Assembly (NCBI GenBank): GCA_027317865.1
Contig: DAHVQG010000001.1
Location: 128,001-192,000, forward strand
Reading direction: 5' to 3'
DNA from: Bdellovibrionales bacterium
GTDB lineage: Bacteria > Bdellovibrionota > Bdellovibrionia > Bdellovibrionales > UBA1609
Length of the DNA: 64,000 nt
The position numbers and the translations under genes were made by a program. Shown here in pieces: positions 62,183 through 64,000 of the stretch. Numbering within the stretch: the stretch's first letter is position 1; the number at the start of each line of letters is the position of its first letter. The notes below the pieces were generated by a model, which was not told the origin of the DNA, did not search any database, and saw nothing but the letters and a program-made list of their open reading frames with translations.

Positions 62183-62719
62183 ATGTCACGAGTCGGAAAA
62201 TCTCCAGTCTATTTGCAAAAGGGTGTTCAAGTTACGTTGACGCCGCAAAAGAGTCTTCAGGTAAAAGGCGCAAAGCATACGCTTGTGGTGCCGCTTGAGA
62301 AGAAAATATCGGCTAAAATTGAAGAGGGCCAAGTGACCCTGCTTTGTGCCGATGGCGAAAGCGCAAAGTATCACGGGTTGGCGCGAGCGCTTTTGCAAAA
62401 TGCGGTGACGGGAGTTGCCAAAGGTTGGTCAAAAGAACTTGAATTGAACGGCGTTGGTTACCGTGCCGCTGTTTCAGGGAAGAAGCTAGAACTGAATCTT
62501 GGTTTTAGTCATGTGATCAATTTTGCTATTCCTGAGGGGATTGAGATTAAAGTTGAAAAACAAACTAAAATTTTGATTACGGGGGCTGATCGGTCCCAAG
62601 TCGGTCAAGTTGCGGCACAAATTCGCAGCTACCGTCCGCCCGAACCGTATTTGGCAAAGGGCATTAAATATGCGGATGAGCGAATTCGTCGTAAAGCGGG
62701 CAAAGCGGCTGGTAAGTGA
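62183..62719 (+). CDS. rplF: 50S ribosomal protein L6
   Basis: MSRVGK, GVGYRA and RPPEPY..KGI. Confidence 0.97.
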   Translation: MSRVGKSPVYLQKGVQVTLTPQKSLQVKGAKHTLVVPLEKKISAKIEEGQVTLLCADGESAKYHGLARALLQNAVTGVAKGWSKELELNGVGYRAAVSGKKLELNLGFSHVINFAIPEGIEIKVEKQTKILITGADRSQVGQVAAQIRSYRPPEPYLAKGIKYADERIRRKAGKAAGK

Positions 62720-62767
62720 CGGATTGTGCGTTAAACGCCGGGTAATAGTTTAAGAGCGAGGTTTAAA

Positions 62768-63139
62768 GTGAGATTAGAATATCGAAATCAATCGGCTAAA
62801 AAGATGAAGTCGCGCGTAAAAAAACACGTACGAATTCGTAAAAAAGTATTCGGCACGCCTGAACGGCCGCGCCTAAGTGTTTTTCGAAGCGCTAATCATA
62901 TCTATGCACAAATTGTCGACGACGCTAATGGTAAAACGCTTGTTGCTATGTCGACCGTTTCGGCAAAGTCCATGAATGGCAAACCAAAAGATGCAGCCTC
63001 ACATATCGGCGCGGAAATTGCGAAACTTGCCCAACAAAAGAAAATTTCAACTGTTGTATTTGATCGTGGCGGGTACTTGTACCATGGCCGAGTTAAAGCC
63101 TTGGCTGATGCGGCTCGAGAAGCGGGACTTAAATTTTAA
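62768..63139 (+). CDS. rplR: 50S ribosomal protein L18
   Basis: RPRLSVFRS and [21 protein letters not shown]. Confidence 0.97.
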   Translation: MRLEYRNQSAKKMKSRVKKHVRIRKKVFGTPERPRLSVFRSANHIYAQIVDDANGKTLVAMSTVSAKSMNGKPKDAASHIGAEIAKLAQQKKISTVVFDRGGYLYHGRVKALADAAREAGLKF

Positions 63140-63166
63140 TTTCGTTATTTGATAGGAGAATTGAAA

Positions 63167-63673
63167 GTGGAGAGATCAGATAGAGGAGATCGACAAGATC
63201 GACAAGATCATGGGAGCGATTCAGAATTTCATGAGCGCGTCGTCTCGATTACTCGGGTTGCAAAAGTCGTTAAAGGCGGTCGACGATTTTCGTTTGCCGC
63301 GTTAGTCGTCGCGGGCAACGGTCGCGGTCAGGTTGGCATAGGCAAAGGTAAAGCCGGGGAAGTTCCAGAGGCGATTACAAAAGCTAGCCGTTCAGCAAAA
63401 AAGCAATTGCACACCATTCGACTTCATGAAAATCGAACTATTCCTCATGAGGTTGAAGGGCGTTTTGGCGCGACAACGGTGCTGTTGATGCCTGCAGCTC
63501 CAGGTACAGGAGTTATCGCCGGCGGTGCCATTCGTGCTGTTTTAGAATCGCTCGGGGTGAAAGATATTTTAACCAAATGCGTAGGGCCGACGAATCCGCG
63601 AAATGCGGTTCGTGCTACTCTTGCCGGTCTTGAGCAGATCATGGAGGGTCGCCCATCGCGGCTAGAGGTGTAA
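63167..63673 (+). CDS. rpsE: 30S ribosomal protein S5
   Basis: [14 protein letters not shown] and [15 protein letters not shown] start after AGGAG. Confidence 0.97.
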   Translation: MERSDRGDRQDRQDHGSDSEFHERVVSITRVAKVVKGGRRFSFAALVVAGNGRGQVGIGKGKAGEVPEAITKASRSAKKQLHTIRLHENRTIPHEVEGRFGATTVLLMPAAPGTGVIAGGAIRAVLESLGVKDILTKCVGPTNPRNAVRATLAGLEQIMEGRPSRLEV

Positions 63674-63674
63674 T

Positions 63675-63860
63675 ATGGCTAAATCTTTTCGCGTAAAGTT
63701 AGTTAAAGGCCTAAGAGGTTGTAACCAAAGTCAACGGGACGCAGTTCGCTGCCTTGGTTTGCGTCGCCGAAATGCGGAGACGATTGTACAAGATAACCCG
63801 GCTAACCGTGGCCAGATCTACAAAGTACAACATTTAGTGCAAGTGACGATTGAGAAATAG
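63675..63860 (+). CDS. rpmD: 50S ribosomal protein L30
   Basis: LGLRR and RGQI.KV.HLV; synteny. Confidence 0.93.
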   Translation: MAKSFRVKLVKGLRGCNQSQRDAVRCLGLRRRNAETIVQDNPANRGQIYKVQHLVQVTIEK

Positions 63861-63870
63861 CAGGTGATTT

Positions 63871-64000
63871 ATGAATATTCTTTCAACATTACGGCCTAAA
63901 AAAGGCTCAACCCATAATACGAAACGTTTGGGCCGCGGACGAGGTTCAGGCAAAGGCGGCACATCTGGCAAAGGTGACAAGGGTCAAAAGGCCAGAAAAA
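63871..64000 (+). CDS. rplO: 50S ribosomal protein L15 (3' truncated by window edge)
   Basis: [13 protein letters not shown]...[25 protein letters not shown]. Confidence 0.93.
   Translation, partial: MNILSTLRPKKGSTHNTKRLGRGRGSGKGGTSGKGDKGQKARK

Noticed and set aside
63188-63209. GATCGACAA tandem repeat in rpsE
   Set aside because: It is an in-frame low-complexity DRQ repeat in the variable S5 N-terminus, which is common.
1-64000. CRISPR arrays, IS elements, prophage or integrase near the tRNA cluster
   Set aside because: No regularly spaced repeats, transposase/integrase motifs or tRNA 3'-end duplications were seen.

Overview
A gene-dense core-chromosome segment with no mobile elements, CRISPR arrays or rRNA. 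It is most likely from a Bdellovibrionota (Bdellovibrio-like) bacterium. That is an inference from a clear DgcB-like FHA-GGDEF protein followed by an ECF sigma factor, NtrY/NtrX-like genes and deltaproteobacterial-type ribosomal operons. The first ~38.6 kb holds mixed housekeeping and signalling genes: a CheY-like receiver, two GT4 glycosyltransferases, msbA, a stand-alone MnmC-type methylase divergent from a TIGR01212 radical SAM-mtnA-mtnP unit, gcvP, epmA, ihfB, mutT/pyrD/gdh, an rfaE1-rlmN-coiled coil-GGDEF-metallophosphoesterase-dgcB run, a sigma54-type promoter before an ECF sigma/anti-sigma pair, a TonB/OMP/Zn-peptidase trio, PilZ, PIN-PhoH, ribE-ribB(X)-ribH, ntrYX-like genes, proS, sprT, pyrF and rlmB. 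The last ~25 kb is the translation/transcription supercluster: tRNA-Thr/Tyr/Gly/Thr, tuf, tRNA-Trp, secE, nusG, rplKAJL, rpoBC, rpsLG-fusA, S10 and the start of spc. Main points of interest: (1) the GGDEF at 19078-20052 carries the Hypr (3',3'-cGAMP synthase) Ser signature and sits in an apparent operon with a metallophosphoesterase and DgcB, suggesting a coupled cGAMP/c-di-GMP/pThr signalling module; (2) a possible hybrid mnm5U34 tRNA-modification pathway linked to SAM by-product salvage; (3) the str-operon EF-G has degenerate domain IV loops, as in recycling-type EF-G2; (4) rplX and rpsN are absent from the spc operon. All family calls come from motif recognition by eye, with no database searches.
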